A stretch of 64,000 nucleotides of DNA from Longimicrobiales bacterium. GTDB taxonomy: Bacteria > Gemmatimonadota > Gemmatimonadetes > Longimicrobiales > Gaopeijiaceae. Numbering within the stretch: position 1 is the stretch's first letter; each line of letters begins with the position of its first letter. Shown here piece after piece: positions 27,649-38,092 of this stretch. A program made the position numbers and the translations under genes. The notes beneath the pieces were generated by a model. The model was not told the origin of the DNA and made no database searches. It saw only the letters and a program-made list of their open reading frames with translations. The stretch spans positions 1,920,001 through 1,984,000 of the forward strand of contig OZ242008.1 of assembly GCA_965204735.1 (NCBI GenBank), given 5' to 3'.

Positions 27649-28479
27649 ATGTTCGACCCGGAGTGCTTCACCCTCTTCGCCGGACCCTGCGCGCTGGAGG
27701 ACGACGAGCTGAACGTGGCGGTCGCGAAAGCGGTCAAGGCCGCCGGGGCCGCCGTCGGAGTGCCGGTCGTCTTCAAGGGTTCGTTCGACAAGGCGAACCG
27801 GTCTCGTCTCAGGTCCCCCCGGGGTCCCGGCTTGGCAGAGGGACTGGAGCGGCTGCGGACCGTCAAGGCGGAGACGGGAGTGGCGGTGCTGACCGACGTT
27901 CACGAGCCGGCCCAGGCGGAGCGCGCGGCCGAGGTGGCCGACGTGGTTCAGGTCCCCGCGTTCCTCTGCCGCCAGACCGACCTGCTGGTGGCGGCCGGGC
28001 GCACCGGGAAGGCGGTGAACGTGAAGAAGGGGCAGTGGATGTCGCCGGAAGCGATGGCCGGCGCCGTGGAGAAGGTCCGGTCGGGCGGCGGCGGGCCGGT
28101 CCTGGTCACGGAGCGGGGATCGGTCTTCGGGTACGGCGACTTGGTGGTGGACATGCGCTCGTTCGCCCGCATCCGGCAAGCCGCCGGCGTCCCGGTCGTC
28201 TTTGACGCCACGCACTCGGTGCAGCGCCCGGGCCGCGGCGACGACGGCTCCTCCGGTGGGTCGCCCGAGCACGTCGGCGCCCTGGTTCGCGCCGCGGCGG
28301 CGGCAGGTTGCGACGGCCTCTTCCTGGAGACGCACCCGGAGCCGTCGGCGGCGCCGTCGGACGGGGCCAACATGCTGCCTCTTGCCGCGCTGTCGGGAAC
28401 GCTGGCCCAGGTGGCGGCGATACGGCAGGCCCTTTCCTGCGAGACGAATCCAGCCCTTTCCTACGAGACGAATCCATGA
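27649..28479 (+). CDS. kdsA: KDO-8-phosphate synthase
   Basis: AGPC, SFDKANRS, PAFLCRQTDL, KKGQ, DATHSVQ. Confidence 0.95.
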   Translation: MFDPECFTLFAGPCALEDDELNVAVAKAVKAAGAAVGVPVVFKGSFDKANRSRLRSPRGPGLAEGLERLRTVKAETGVAVLTDVHEPAQAERAAEVADVVQVPAFLCRQTDLLVAAGRTGKAVNVKKGQWMSPEAMAGAVEKVRSGGGGPVLVTERGSVFGYGDLVVDMRSFARIRQAAGVPVVFDATHSVQRPGRGDDGSSGGSPEHVGALVRAAAAAGCDGLFLETHPEPSAAPSDGANMLPLAALSGTLAQVAAIRQALSCETNPALSYETNP

Positions 28480-29030
28480 GCGGCGCAGATATCCCGGAGA
28501 CAACGGCCCGGCGCATCCGCCTCGTCGTACTGGACGTGGACGGCACCCTCACCGACGGCGGCATCTACGTCGGCGACGGCAGCGCGCCCTTCGAGATGAA
28601 GCGGTTTCACGTGGAGGACGGCATCGCGGTCCGAATGATGAGGCGGGCAGGCTTGCACGTGGCGATCGTGTCGGGAAGGGTGTCGCCGGCCACGGACCTG
28701 CGGGCGGCGGAGCTGGGCATCGCCGACGTTCACCAGGACCCCAACGCGCACAAGATGCCGACCGTGGAGCGGATCCTGGCGGCGAAGCAGGTCGAGTGGC
28801 GCGAGACGGCCGTGCTGGGCGACGACTTGGCCGACCTGCCCCTCATGCGGAAAGCGGGGCTGCCGGCCACGGTGGCCAACGGAGTGCCGGAGGTCTGCCG
28901 GGTCGCGACGTGGAAGAGCGCGCGCAGGGGAGGGCAGGGGGCCGCGCGGGAGTTCGCCGAGGCCCTCCTGCGGGCGCGGGGACAGTGGGACGAGCTCGTG
29001 GATGAGTACTGTCGCGACCGCGGAGGCTGA
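28476..29030 (+). CDS. kdsC: KDO-8-phosphate phosphatase (HAD)
   Basis: DVDGTLTDG, GDDLAD, GGQGAARE. Confidence 0.92.
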   Translation: MSGADIPETTARRIRLVVLDVDGTLTDGGIYVGDGSAPFEMKRFHVEDGIAVRMMRRAGLHVAIVSGRVSPATDLRAAELGIADVHQDPNAHKMPTVERILAAKQVEWRETAVLGDDLADLPLMRKAGLPATVANGVPEVCRVATWKSARRGGQGAAREFAEALLRARGQWDELVDEYCRDRGG

Positions 29031-29997
29031 CGCCGCCCTGCACCCGATCCTGGCGGAAGGCCGGCGGGTGCTGCGGACCGAGGCCGAGGCCGTGGCGTCG
29101 CTGGCCGGACGCCTCGACGTCGAGTTCGTGCGGGCGGTGGAGCTGGTGGCTTCCTGCCGCGGCCGGGTGGTGGTGTCGGGAGTCGGCAAGTCGGGGATCG
29201 TGGCCCGCAAGGTGGCGGCGACCCTCACCTCCATCGGCACGCCGGCCGTCTTTCTCCACCCGGTGGAGGGGCTTCACGGCGACCTGGGGATCGTGGGCCC
29301 GTCGGACGTGATGGTCCTCCTCTCCAAGAGCGGCTCCACGGCGGAGCTGGAAGGAGTGCTGGAGTTCGCCGAAGCCGGCGGCGTGCCGGTCGTGGCCCTG
29401 GTCGGCGCCAAGGACTCTCCCCTGGGACGCCGGGCCGGCGCCGCGATCGACTGCGGCGTGGCGGCCGAAGCGTGTCCGATGGACTTGGCGCCCACCTCGT
29501 CCACCACGGCCGCCATGGCCGCGGGCGACGCCTTGGCGGTGGCCGTCCTGGGCCGGCGCGAGTTTCGGCCCGAGGACTTCGCGCGGATCCACCCCGGCGG
29601 AGCGCTGGGCCGGCGCCTGACCCTGCAGGTAGGGGACATCATGGAGTCGGCCCGCTACCCGTCGGTGTCCAGCGGGGCCGTGGCCCGGGAGATCGTCGTG
29701 CCCCTCGCGCGGATGCGGGGCACGGTCCCGGTGGTCGACGAGGTTCAGCAGGTGGTGGGCGTGGTGACCGCCGGCGACCTCACCCGCCTGATGGAGCGCA
29801 CCGACGACTTCCTGGACGTGCCTGTGGCCGAGTTCATGACCCGCTCGCCCAGGCTGGCTTCCCCGAACGATCTGGCGGCTGCGGCGCTGAGGCGGATGCA
29901 GGAGCACGGGATCATGGCGATGCCCGTGGTGAGCGACGCCGGGGCCCTGGCGGGCGTCGTGCACCTCCACGACCTGCTGCGGGCGGGCGCGGCGTGA
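29002..29997 (+). CDS. kdsD: Arabinose-5-phosphate isomerase (SIS + CBS)
   Basis: GVGKSG, HGDLG, APTSST, HPGGALG. Confidence 0.93.
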   Translation: MSTVATAEADAALHPILAEGRRVLRTEAEAVASLAGRLDVEFVRAVELVASCRGRVVVSGVGKSGIVARKVAATLTSIGTPAVFLHPVEGLHGDLGIVGPSDVMVLLSKSGSTAELEGVLEFAEAGGVPVVALVGAKDSPLGRRAGAAIDCGVAAEACPMDLAPTSSTTAAMAAGDALAVAVLGRREFRPEDFARIHPGGALGRRLTLQVGDIMESARYPSVSSGAVAREIVVPLARMRGTVPVVDEVQQVVGVVTAGDLTRLMERTDDFLDVPVAEFMTRSPRLASPNDLAAAALRRMQEHGIMAMPVVSDAGALAGVVHLHDLLRAGAA

Positions 29998-30608
29998 GGA
30001 CGGCGAACCCGAGCCGCAACCCCCGACGGGCGCTGTCCGCCCGAGGCGGACGCAAAGCGCCCCCGGCGTCGAACGCGACCTTTGCAGGGGCGGTCCTGGC
30101 CGCAGGACTGGCGGCGTGCGGCACTCCGGCCGGCGAGAGTGCGCCGGCGGAGCTCTCCGCGGCCGGCGCCGACCACGTCACGTACGGCGTCACCAGACGC
30201 TTCTCGCGCAACGGCGTGGAAGAGGCGCTGCTGCGGGCCGACAGCATGTACATGTGGGACGACTCGTCCCGCGTCCGCCTGATGGGCTTGACCCTGGAAG
30301 TGGTCGGCGAGGGCGGTAGCCGCCGCGCCGTGATCACGGCGGAGAGGGGCCGCATGGACATGGCCGGCGAAGAGCTGGTGGCGTCGGGGAACGCGGCCTT
30401 GTCGATCCCCTCGGAGGGCCGCGAGATCAGCAGCGCCGAGCTGCGCTTCGTCCTCGCCGGAAGCCGTGAGCGCAGGATCGAAACCGACTCGACCGTCACG
30501 ATGCGCGAAGGAGGCTGCACGATGCAGGGCGACGGCCTCAGGTCCGATCTCGCCTTCGACGAGCTGAGGATCCTGGGCGCCCGGGAGGGCCAGTGCCCCG
30601 GCCAGTGA
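29994..30608 (+). CDS. lptC: LPS export protein LptC-like
   Basis: Position between kdsD and lptA/lptB; lipobox-like LAAC; beta-strand-rich; start uncertain. Confidence 0.65.
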   Translation: MRTANPSRNPRRALSARGGRKAPPASNATFAGAVLAAGLAACGTPAGESAPAELSAAGADHVTYGVTRRFSRNGVEEALLRADSMYMWDDSSRVRLMGLTLEVVGEGGSRRAVITAERGRMDMAGEELVASGNAALSIPSEGREISSAELRFVLAGSRERRIETDSTVTMREGGCTMQGDGLRSDLAFDELRILGAREGQCPGQ

Positions 30609-32446
30609 CGCGGAACCGGCGTCGGAACGGTCGCGGCTGGGCGGTGCCGGCGCTGATCGCGACGGCGGGAGCGGCGACGGGCGTCGGCGGGTTCCATGCC
30701 GGAGCGGCGGGACAAACGGCGTGCCGGCTGGTGGAGGTGGGGGGCTACACGCTGAGCGCCCGCAACACGGTCGGGTCCTACACGCACTATGCGTCCGGGG
30801 GCGTGGACTACCGTTGCGCCGACGGGGTCCGAATCGTGGCCGACTCGGCCGTGGGGTTCGAGACCAACAGCACGCTGAACCTCTACGGCCGAGTCCGCTT
30901 CGAGGACCTGGAGGTGATCCTCGAGGCGGGGCAGGCAATCTACTTCGGCGAGGCCCGCTACCTGCGCGCGACCCACGGCTCCCGCGTCGAGTACAAGAAC
31001 ACGGGAACGGTCGTCGCCGGCGAGGAGCTGGACTACTACCGGCAATCCGAGCATCGGGCCGTGGACGAAATGACGGTCCGAGGCGGCCGCCCCCATGCGA
31101 CCGTGTATCCGCAGGTTGCGTCCGAAGCGTCCCGCGAAGAGGCGCGGTCCGATGATCCGCCGACCGAGGAGACCTCCAGCGACAACCCGCCCGCCGCCGA
31201 CGAAGCCTCCGCAGAGGACGTCCTCGCCGAAGAGGCTCCGTCCGCCACGCCGGCGCCGGAGGAGGATCCGCCCGCCGACCTGCCGCCGGCCAAGGAGCTT
31301 CCGCCCTACGAGATCGACGCGGAGCGCTTCGTTGTCGAGGGGCGTCGGGCGTTTCGGGCAGTGAACGACGTCGTGCTGGTCCGGGACGCCCTTCGGGCAA
31401 CCGGCGATACCCTTTTCTACGATCAGGAATCCGGGGCCATGTCGATGCGGGGCGAGCCTCGGGTCGGAGACGGCCGCTTCGACTTGGATGCCGAGTCGAT
31501 CTCCATCACGCCGGCGTCGCCGGGAAACGAGAACATACTGGCCAGCGGCGACGCCGCCTTGGCCGGGGCGGCCGTCGCGATCGAGGCGCCGGCGATCAGA
31601 CTCTTCCTGGAAGACGGCGACCTGGGCCGCCTCGTCGCCCTGGCGACGGCCCCCGCCGCGCCCGCCGCCGTTCCGCCCGACGTCGCCGGCATGACCCCGG
31701 GGGACCAAGTCCGCGTCGCCGAGATGGCCGCCGCCGCTGCCGCCGCCGAGCGGTCCGACCCCGCCGACGCGCCCGATTCGCTCCCTCGCCCGGCCGCCTA
31801 CGCCGAGGACCTGACGCTGGTCGCCGACTCCATCGAAGTCCTCTCGCCGGGCCAAGTCCTTCGAGTGCTCACCGCCGTGGGAACGGCCCGGGCCGTGGCG
31901 GTCCGGACGGACTCGGCCGACCAGGAGCTGCCGGAAGTCGCCCGCAACGACTGGATGGAAGGCGACACGATCGTGGCCGACTTCGTGCCGCCGGGCCCCG
32001 GCCGGGACGGCGGGACCCGCCCACGGGCCGCCGGTCGCGCCCTTCTGGAGACGCTGGTCGCGGCCGGCAGTGCGCGAAGCCTGTACAGGGTGCCGCCGGA
32101 CACGACGATCGCCCCCGACGAGCAGCCGACAGGCCCGCCGCCCCTGCACTGGACCCAGGGCCAGCGGATCACCATGCACCTGGCCGACGGCGAAGTGGTC
32201 CGCATGCTGGTCGAAGGCCAGACCGTCGGGTACCACCTGGAGCCCCTGCCGCCCGATCCCCAGGCCGACTCTGCGATGGTGGCGGACTCCACATCCGCAG
32301 CCGACTCCGCGGCGGCGCCGGACACGACGGCCGTCTCCGCCTCCAATGCCGCTTCCGCCCCCCGTCCGGCCGCCCCCACGGCTCCCTCGGCTCTTCCCGC
32401 GGCCCCCGACGCGCCGCGCGTCCATCCCTGGAGAAGACGGACGTGA
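30605..32446 (+). CDS. LptA/OstA-like beta-jellyroll protein with acidic low-complexity insert
   Basis: Repeated ADS/GDT/AESI beta motifs; position before lptB. Confidence 0.6.
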   Translation: MTRNRRRNGRGWAVPALIATAGAATGVGGFHAGAAGQTACRLVEVGGYTLSARNTVGSYTHYASGGVDYRCADGVRIVADSAVGFETNSTLNLYGRVRFEDLEVILEAGQAIYFGEARYLRATHGSRVEYKNTGTVVAGEELDYYRQSEHRAVDEMTVRGGRPHATVYPQVASEASREEARSDDPPTEETSSDNPPAADEASAEDVLAEEAPSATPAPEEDPPADLPPAKELPPYEIDAERFVVEGRRAFRAVNDVVLVRDALRATGDTLFYDQESGAMSMRGEPRVGDGRFDLDAESISITPASPGNENILASGDAALAGAAVAIEAPAIRLFLEDGDLGRLVALATAPAAPAAVPPDVAGMTPGDQVRVAEMAAAAAAAERSDPADAPDSLPRPAAYAEDLTLVADSIEVLSPGQVLRVLTAVGTARAVAVRTDSADQELPEVARNDWMEGDTIVADFVPPGPGRDGGTRPRAAGRALLETLVAAGSARSLYRVPPDTTIAPDEQPTGPPPLHWTQGQRITMHLADGEVVRMLVEGQTVGYHLEPLPPDPQADSAMVADSTSAADSAAAPDTTAVSASNAASAPRPAAPTAPSALPAAPDAPRVHPWRRRT

Positions 32447-33276
32447 CCCAAGAAAGCAGCGCACCGGCCCGAATCGCCGCCGCGGGCGCTCCGCTCTCCG
32501 AGCCCGCGAGCGCCGCGCCGGGCGCCGTCCTTCGTGGCGAGCAGCTCACCAAGATCTACCGGAAGCGGCGCGTGGTGTCGGACGTGGACATTCAGGTTCG
32601 GCAACGGGAGATCGTGGGACTGCTCGGCCCGAACGGGGCGGGGAAGACGACCACCTTCTACATGCTGGTCGGTCTGATCTCGCCCGACGCCGGAAGGGTC
32701 TTCCTCGACGACGCCGAACTCACCCCCGTGCCCATGTACAGGCGCGCCAGGATGGGCGTCGGCTACTTGGCGCAGGAGCCGTCCGTGTTCCGCCGCCTCA
32801 CGGTCGCCCAAAACGTCATGGCGATCCTCGAAACGGTCGACATCCCGCGAAGGGAGCGCGCCGCAAGGCTGGAGCAGCTTCTGGCGGAACTCTCCATTGG
32901 ACACCTGCGCGACGCCAAGGCATATTCCCTTTCGGGCGGGGAGAGGCGAAGGGTGGAGATCACGCGGGCGCTGGTGCAGCGGCCCAAGTTCATGCTGCTG
33001 GACGAGCCGTTCGCGGGCATCGATCCCATCGCCGTGAACGACATTCAGGAGATCGTGACGCAGCTTCGCACGCGGGAGATCGGCGTGATCATCTCGGACC
33101 ACAACGTCGAGCAGACCCTGGAGATCGTCGATCGCGCCTACATCATGTACGAAGGCAGGATTCGCGTTGCCGGGACGGTATCGAAGCTCGTTTGGAACGA
33201 CGAAGTCGCCGATCTCTATCTGGGCCCGTCCCTCACGGCCCGCATGAGACAGCGCTTCTCCCGTCCCTCGGATTGA
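32443..33276 (+). CDS. lptB: LPS export ABC transporter ATP-binding protein
   Basis: GPNGAGKTT, LSGGERRR, LLDEPFAGIDP, DHNV. Confidence 0.95.
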   Translation: MTQESSAPARIAAAGAPLSEPASAAPGAVLRGEQLTKIYRKRRVVSDVDIQVRQREIVGLLGPNGAGKTTTFYMLVGLISPDAGRVFLDDAELTPVPMYRRARMGVGYLAQEPSVFRRLTVAQNVMAILETVDIPRRERAARLEQLLAELSIGHLRDAKAYSLSGGERRRVEITRALVQRPKFMLLDEPFAGIDPIAVNDIQEIVTQLRTREIGVIISDHNVEQTLEIVDRAYIMYEGRIRVAGTVSKLVWNDEVADLYLGPSLTARMRQRFSRPSD

Positions 33277-33283
33277 CCGTCGA

Positions 33284-34771
33284 ATGGCCCGCGGCGACGG
33301 GGGAATGGGCGGCGACCGGGGACTGGACCAGACCCGCAAGGCTCGCCCCGAGGTCACGGCCAATCCGCGCCTCTACCGGGCGATGGAGCTCTTCGACATG
33401 TCCCGAGCGGACCTCCTGGAGCACCTGCGCCAAGAGGTCTACGCCAACCCGTGCCTCGAGCTCTCCGCCGGCGACGAAGGGGGCGTCGACGCGGAAGAGA
33501 TCGAGGAGCCCCTTCCGGACGAGGCGGACGACGATCCGGAGGCCGAGTTCGACTGGGAGGAGATCATCCTGGGCGGCTTCGACGCAGGAGGGACCCGAAG
33601 CCAGTACGAACCCATCGACTACGCCGAGCCGGCGGCGGTGGACGTGCCGGACCTTCACGACCATCTCGAGGAACAGCTGGCGCTGCTTCAGGTCGATCCG
33701 CGCCAATCCATGGCCGCCTGGGAGATCATCGGCAACATCGACGACGACGGGCGACTGTCCTGCTCTCTGGAAGAGGTGGCCGAAGGGCTGGACCGCCGAC
33801 TCGCCGAACTGGACGAACCGGGCGCGGAAGACGAGATCGCCCGCCTTCTGGTTCCCTACGAGCCCGCGGAGATCGAATCGGCCCTGGCGATGGTGCAGGG
33901 GCTCGACCCGCCCGGCGTGGGAGGCAGGGACCTGCGCGAGTGCCTGCTGATCCAGCTTGGCCGGTTGGGCAGGGAGGAGTCCCTGGCGCACCGAATCGTC
34001 GATCTTCGCTTCGACGACCTCATGAACCACCGCTGGACCGAGATCACGCGAGCCCTCGGCGTCCCGGCGAAGGAGATACAGGCCGCCAAGGACGAGATCG
34101 GCGAGCTGGACCCCAAGCCCGGTCGGCAACTTTCCCAGGGAACCAGCCACTACATCGTGCCCGACATGATCCTGGAGAAGGTCGGCGGCGAGTACATGGT
34201 CTTCGCCAACGACGCCGGAATGCCCAGGCTGCGCATCTCGCCCTACTACCGGGAGATCGTGGCCAACGGCCAGTTCACGGACGAGAACAAGCAGTTCATC
34301 ACCAGCCGCATGAACGCCGCCGCGTGGCTCCTGCAGGTGGTCGAGCAACGTCGCCTGACGATGCTCGCGGTCGCCAGGTTCATCGTGGAGCGGCAACACG
34401 AGTTCTTCGAGCACGGACCCCAGCGCCTCAAGCCGCTGAACCTGCGCACCGTGGCGGAGGACCTGGAGATGTCCGAGTCCACCGTCTCCCGAGTCACCAG
34501 CAAGAAGTACGTCCAGACGCCCCGGGGCGTGTTCTCTCTCAAGCACTTCTTCTCCCGCGGGCTAGCGGGCGACGACGGGGAAGTCTCCACCCGCGTCGTC
34601 CAGGAGAAGATCCGCAGCCTGGTGGCCGCCGAGGACCCGCAGCAGCCCTTGACGGACATGGCTATCGTAAGCCTTCTGGCGTTGGAAGGCATTCAGGTCG
34701 CTCGGCGCACGGTCGGAAAGTACCGCACCCAACTGGACATTCCCGTGGCACGGGCGCGAAGGCGCTACTGA
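33284..34771 (+). CDS. rpoN: RNA polymerase sigma-54 factor
   Basis: ESTVSRV and RpoN box ARRTVGKYR. Confidence 0.95.
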   Translation: MARGDGGMGGDRGLDQTRKARPEVTANPRLYRAMELFDMSRADLLEHLRQEVYANPCLELSAGDEGGVDAEEIEEPLPDEADDDPEAEFDWEEIILGGFDAGGTRSQYEPIDYAEPAAVDVPDLHDHLEEQLALLQVDPRQSMAAWEIIGNIDDDGRLSCSLEEVAEGLDRRLAELDEPGAEDEIARLLVPYEPAEIESALAMVQGLDPPGVGGRDLRECLLIQLGRLGREESLAHRIVDLRFDDLMNHRWTEITRALGVPAKEIQAAKDEIGELDPKPGRQLSQGTSHYIVPDMILEKVGGEYMVFANDAGMPRLRISPYYREIVANGQFTDENKQFITSRMNAAAWLLQVVEQRRLTMLAVARFIVERQHEFFEHGPQRLKPLNLRTVAEDLEMSESTVSRVTSKKYVQTPRGVFSLKHFFSRGLAGDDGEVSTRVVQEKIRSLVAAEDPQQPLTDMAIVSLLALEGIQVARRTVGKYRTQLDIPVARARRRY

Positions 34772-34806
34772 CCTCGACACCGTCCCCACGCAAGGATTCT
34801 CCTCGA

Positions 34807-35790
34807 TTGGCCGACCGCCCCGAACGCACCGTCCCGCGAGCCTACCGAGACTTCGCCCTGGTGGTGCCCGCGTTCGACGAGGCCCCGAACGTCCCCGACC
34901 TGATCCGCGAGGTCCAGGCCGCCTTCGACGCCCACGGCCTTGCCGGCGAAGTGATCCTCGTCGACGACGGCTCGTCCGACGGCACCGGCGACCTGGCCGA
35001 GGCCGAAGGCCGGGGATGGCGCAACCTCCATGTCCTGCGGCATCGCAGCAACAAGGGGAAGACGGAAGCTCTCCTCACCGCCGCCGCCGCCACCGAGAAG
35101 AAGTACCTGGTGCTCTTCGACGCCGACCTTCAGCACCTGCCGGAGGAGATCCCCCGCTTCCTGGACAAGCTCGAGGAGGGTTGGGACATCGTCGCCGGCC
35201 GGAAGGTGGGCGCCTACGACAAGCGCGCGGTGTCGTCGCTCTACAACGCCCTCAGCCGAAGAATATTCGACGTTCCCGTGACCGACCTGAACTCGATGAA
35301 GGCGTTCCGCGCCGACATCTTGGACGAAGTGCGGCTTCGGCACGACTGGCACCGCTTCTTCGTCGTCATGGCCCACATGGAGGGCTTCACGGTCACCGAG
35401 ATCGACATCGCCCTTCATCCCCGGCGCGCGGGCAGGTCCAAGTATTCGCGGCCCACCCGAGTCGTCGGCGGACTGCTGGACCTGACTGCGGTGTGGTTCC
35501 GGCAGCGACTCTCCCGCAAGCCCATGACGGCGTTCGGCTTCCCAGGGCTGCTCCTCGTGGGCGCCGGCGTGCTCGTCGGCATGGCGGCGTTCTACGCCCG
35601 CTTCGCGATGGGGCAGGGCTTTCGCCCGCTCCTCTACCTGGTCGTCCTGCTGGTGACCGTGGGCACCCTGTGCTTCGTGGCCGGCTTCCTGGCCGAAATG
35701 GTCGCGTCGATCCACGAAGAGATCGAAGCGCTCCGCAAGTCCCGTCGCAACGCCCCGGCGGACGACCCCTCCCGCCGCGACCACGGCTAG
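34807..35790 (+). CDS. Glycosyltransferase family 2 (polyprenol-phosphate type) with C-terminal TM helices
   Basis: VVPAFDE, VDDGSSDGT, FDADLQH; start uncertain. Confidence 0.85.
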   Translation: MADRPERTVPRAYRDFALVVPAFDEAPNVPDLIREVQAAFDAHGLAGEVILVDDGSSDGTGDLAEAEGRGWRNLHVLRHRSNKGKTEALLTAAAATEKKYLVLFDADLQHLPEEIPRFLDKLEEGWDIVAGRKVGAYDKRAVSSLYNALSRRIFDVPVTDLNSMKAFRADILDEVRLRHDWHRFFVVMAHMEGFTVTEIDIALHPRRAGRSKYSRPTRVVGGLLDLTAVWFRQRLSRKPMTAFGFPGLLLVGAGVLVGMAAFYARFAMGQGFRPLLYLVVLLVTVGTLCFVAGFLAEMVASIHEEIEALRKSRRNAPADDPSRRDHG

Positions 35791-35810
35791 GACGGCCGTC
35801 TCCCGACCCG

Positions 35811-36974
35811 ATGCCGCGTCCGAAGATCCTTTCCGTGATCGGCACCCGGCCCGAGGCGATCAAGATGGCGCCGGTGGTCCGCGCGCTCGAGGCCCGGGGA
35901 CTCTCGGAGCACCGGGTCGCGCTGACCGGGCAGCACGCCGAGATGGTGGACCAGGTCTTCTCGGCCTTCGGCGTCCGACCGGACTACGACTTGCAGCTCA
36001 TGACCTCCGGCCAGACCCTCCACGACGTGGGCCGGGCGTGCCTCGAGGGCCTTCCCGGCGTCCTGGCCGACTTCCGACCGGACGCCACGGTGGTGCAGGG
36101 AGACACCGCCAGCGTCTTCTTCGCGGCCGTGTCCGCCTTCTTCGAGGGCGGCAAGGTGGCCCACGTCGAAGCCGGCCTGCGGAGCCACGACAAGTGGGCG
36201 CCTTTCCCGGAAGAGATGCTGCGACGGATGACGGACTGCTTGGCCGACTACTGCTTTGCGCCCACGCCGCGGGCCGCGGAGCACCTGAAGAGGGAAGGGG
36301 TCCCGCCCGAGCGGATCTTCGTGACCGGAAACACGGTGGTCGACGCGCTCCAGGCGACGAACGCCTCCCCGCAGCCCGTCGAGGATCCCGTGGTGGCCCG
36401 CGTCCTGGGCGCCGAGGCGCCCGCCGGCGCCCGGGCGTCCCGCCTCGTCCTTCTGACCGCCCACCGCCGCGAGTCCTTCGGCCCGCCGTTGGAGGGCGTG
36501 TTCGGCGCGGTCAGGGAGCTGGCCGCCCGATTCGACGACGTGGAAGTCCTCTACCCGGTCCATCCCAACCCCAACGTCCGGGAGCCGGCCGCGCGGGAGC
36601 TCGGGAACGCCCCGCGGGTCCACCTCGTCGCCCCCCTCTCCTACGGCGACCTGCTGGCGGTGCTCCGCCGGGCCAGCCTCGTGCTCACCGACTCGGGCGG
36701 AATCCAGGAGGAGGCGCCCACCTTCGGCGTGCACGCGCTGGTGCTGCGCGAGGTCACCGAGCGCCCCGAAGGCGTGGAGGTCGGTTCCGCCACCCTCGTC
36801 GGCACCGACCCCGAGCGCATCGTGGCCGAGGCCGCGGCGCGCCTCGACGGGGCGGAGAAGACCGACGTGCCCAACCCCTACGGCGACGGCCGGGCCGGCG
36901 AGCGGATCGCCGACGTCCTCCTCGCCGACCTGGCCGGCGCGCCTCGGGAGACGGAAGAGTGGACCGGCGCCTGA
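35811..36974 (+). CDS. wecB: UDP-N-acetylglucosamine 2-epimerase (non-hydrolysing)
   Basis: GTRPEAIKMAP, HVEAGLRS, DSGGIQEEA, NPYGDG. Confidence 0.95.
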   Translation: MPRPKILSVIGTRPEAIKMAPVVRALEARGLSEHRVALTGQHAEMVDQVFSAFGVRPDYDLQLMTSGQTLHDVGRACLEGLPGVLADFRPDATVVQGDTASVFFAAVSAFFEGGKVAHVEAGLRSHDKWAPFPEEMLRRMTDCLADYCFAPTPRAAEHLKREGVPPERIFVTGNTVVDALQATNASPQPVEDPVVARVLGAEAPAGARASRLVLLTAHRRESFGPPLEGVFGAVRELAARFDDVEVLYPVHPNPNVREPAARELGNAPRVHLVAPLSYGDLLAVLRRASLVLTDSGGIQEEAPTFGVHALVLREVTERPEGVEVGSATLVGTDPERIVAEAAARLDGAEKTDVPNPYGDGRAGERIADVLLADLAGAPRETEEWTGA

Positions 36975-38092
36975 ACGTCCTCGTGCATTGCGTGTACTTC
37001 CCGCCGGAGGTGGGAGGGCTCGAGAGCCACGTCCACTACCTGTGCCGGGGGCTGGCGGAGCGCGGCCACGCCGTCACCGTGGTCACCTCCCGCTCGCGCC
37101 CGGAGCTGCCCGAGGAAGAGGACTTCCAGGGCATCCGAGTGCTGCGCACTCCGCTTCCGTCGCGCACGCCCTCGGGTTGGTTCGCCCATGCGGTCGGCTC
37201 CACGCCCCGAACCCGAGAGGCCGCCGAGAACGCCGACGTGGCGCACGCCCAGGCGTTTCCGTCGATCCTTCCTTGCGCCCTGGCGTTGGCGGGCCGGAGC
37301 ACGCCGCTGGTGACGACCCTCCACACCTCCCACTTCCTCCGCCTCGCCGCCCGGCGGCTACTGGCGCCCGCACTTGGAAATCTGATCGAGTTCAGCAACC
37401 ACAACTTCGCAGCGAGCAAGGAGATAGCCGACGTAGGAGAAAGCATCGGATCAACCACCAAAGTCGAAGTCCTGGTCAACGGCGTGGAGACCGAGCTCTT
37501 CCGGCCCGCCGGCGACCCTCCTTCCGGCAGCGGCGCGCCCGCGGTCGGCGTCCGCCGGCTGGTCGTCCCCCGGCGTCTCTTCCCCAAGAACGGAGTCGAG
37601 TTCTTCGTCCGGGCCATGCCGCTGATCGCGAACCGCGTCGATGCGACGGCGGCGGTCGTCGGCGACGGACCGGAGCGCTCCAAGCTCGAAGGGCTGGCGG
37701 TCGAGCTGGGCGTGGGCGACCGGATCGAGTTCCTCGGCGCCCGGCCTCACGCCCAGATGCCGAAGCTCCTGGCCGGAGACTTGGCCGTCTTTCCCTCCCT
37801 GGTGGAGGCCACCTCGGTGGCGGCCCTGGAGTGCATGGCGTGCGGCCTGCCGGTCGCGGCGTCGGCGGTGGGCGGCCTGCCCGAGATCGTGGACGACGCC
37901 GTGGGCGGCCTCTTTCCGCCCGGAAACTCGGAGGCGATGGCGGAGAAGGTGGTCGAGCTGCTGTCGGATCCCCGGCTCTCGGAGCGCGGCGCCTCGGCCC
38001 GCGACCGCGTGGTGGCTCGCTGGAGCAACGCGCGTCTCGTGGACCGGCACCTCGAGGTCTACCGAAGCCTCCTGGAGGGCCGCCGTGGCTGA
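36959..38092 (+). CDS. Glycosyltransferase family 4
   Basis: FPPEVGGLE, EATSVAALECMACG, GGLPEIV. Confidence 0.88.
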   Translation: MDRRLNVLVHCVYFPPEVGGLESHVHYLCRGLAERGHAVTVVTSRSRPELPEEEDFQGIRVLRTPLPSRTPSGWFAHAVGSTPRTREAAENADVAHAQAFPSILPCALALAGRSTPLVTTLHTSHFLRLAARRLLAPALGNLIEFSNHNFAASKEIADVGESIGSTTKVEVLVNGVETELFRPAGDPPSGSGAPAVGVRRLVVPRRLFPKNGVEFFVRAMPLIANRVDATAAVVGDGPERSKLEGLAVELGVGDRIEFLGARPHAQMPKLLAGDLAVFPSLVEATSVAALECMACGLPVAASAVGGLPEIVDDAVGGLFPPGNSEAMAEKVVELLSDPRLSERGASARDRVVARWSNARLVDRHLEVYRSLLEGRRG

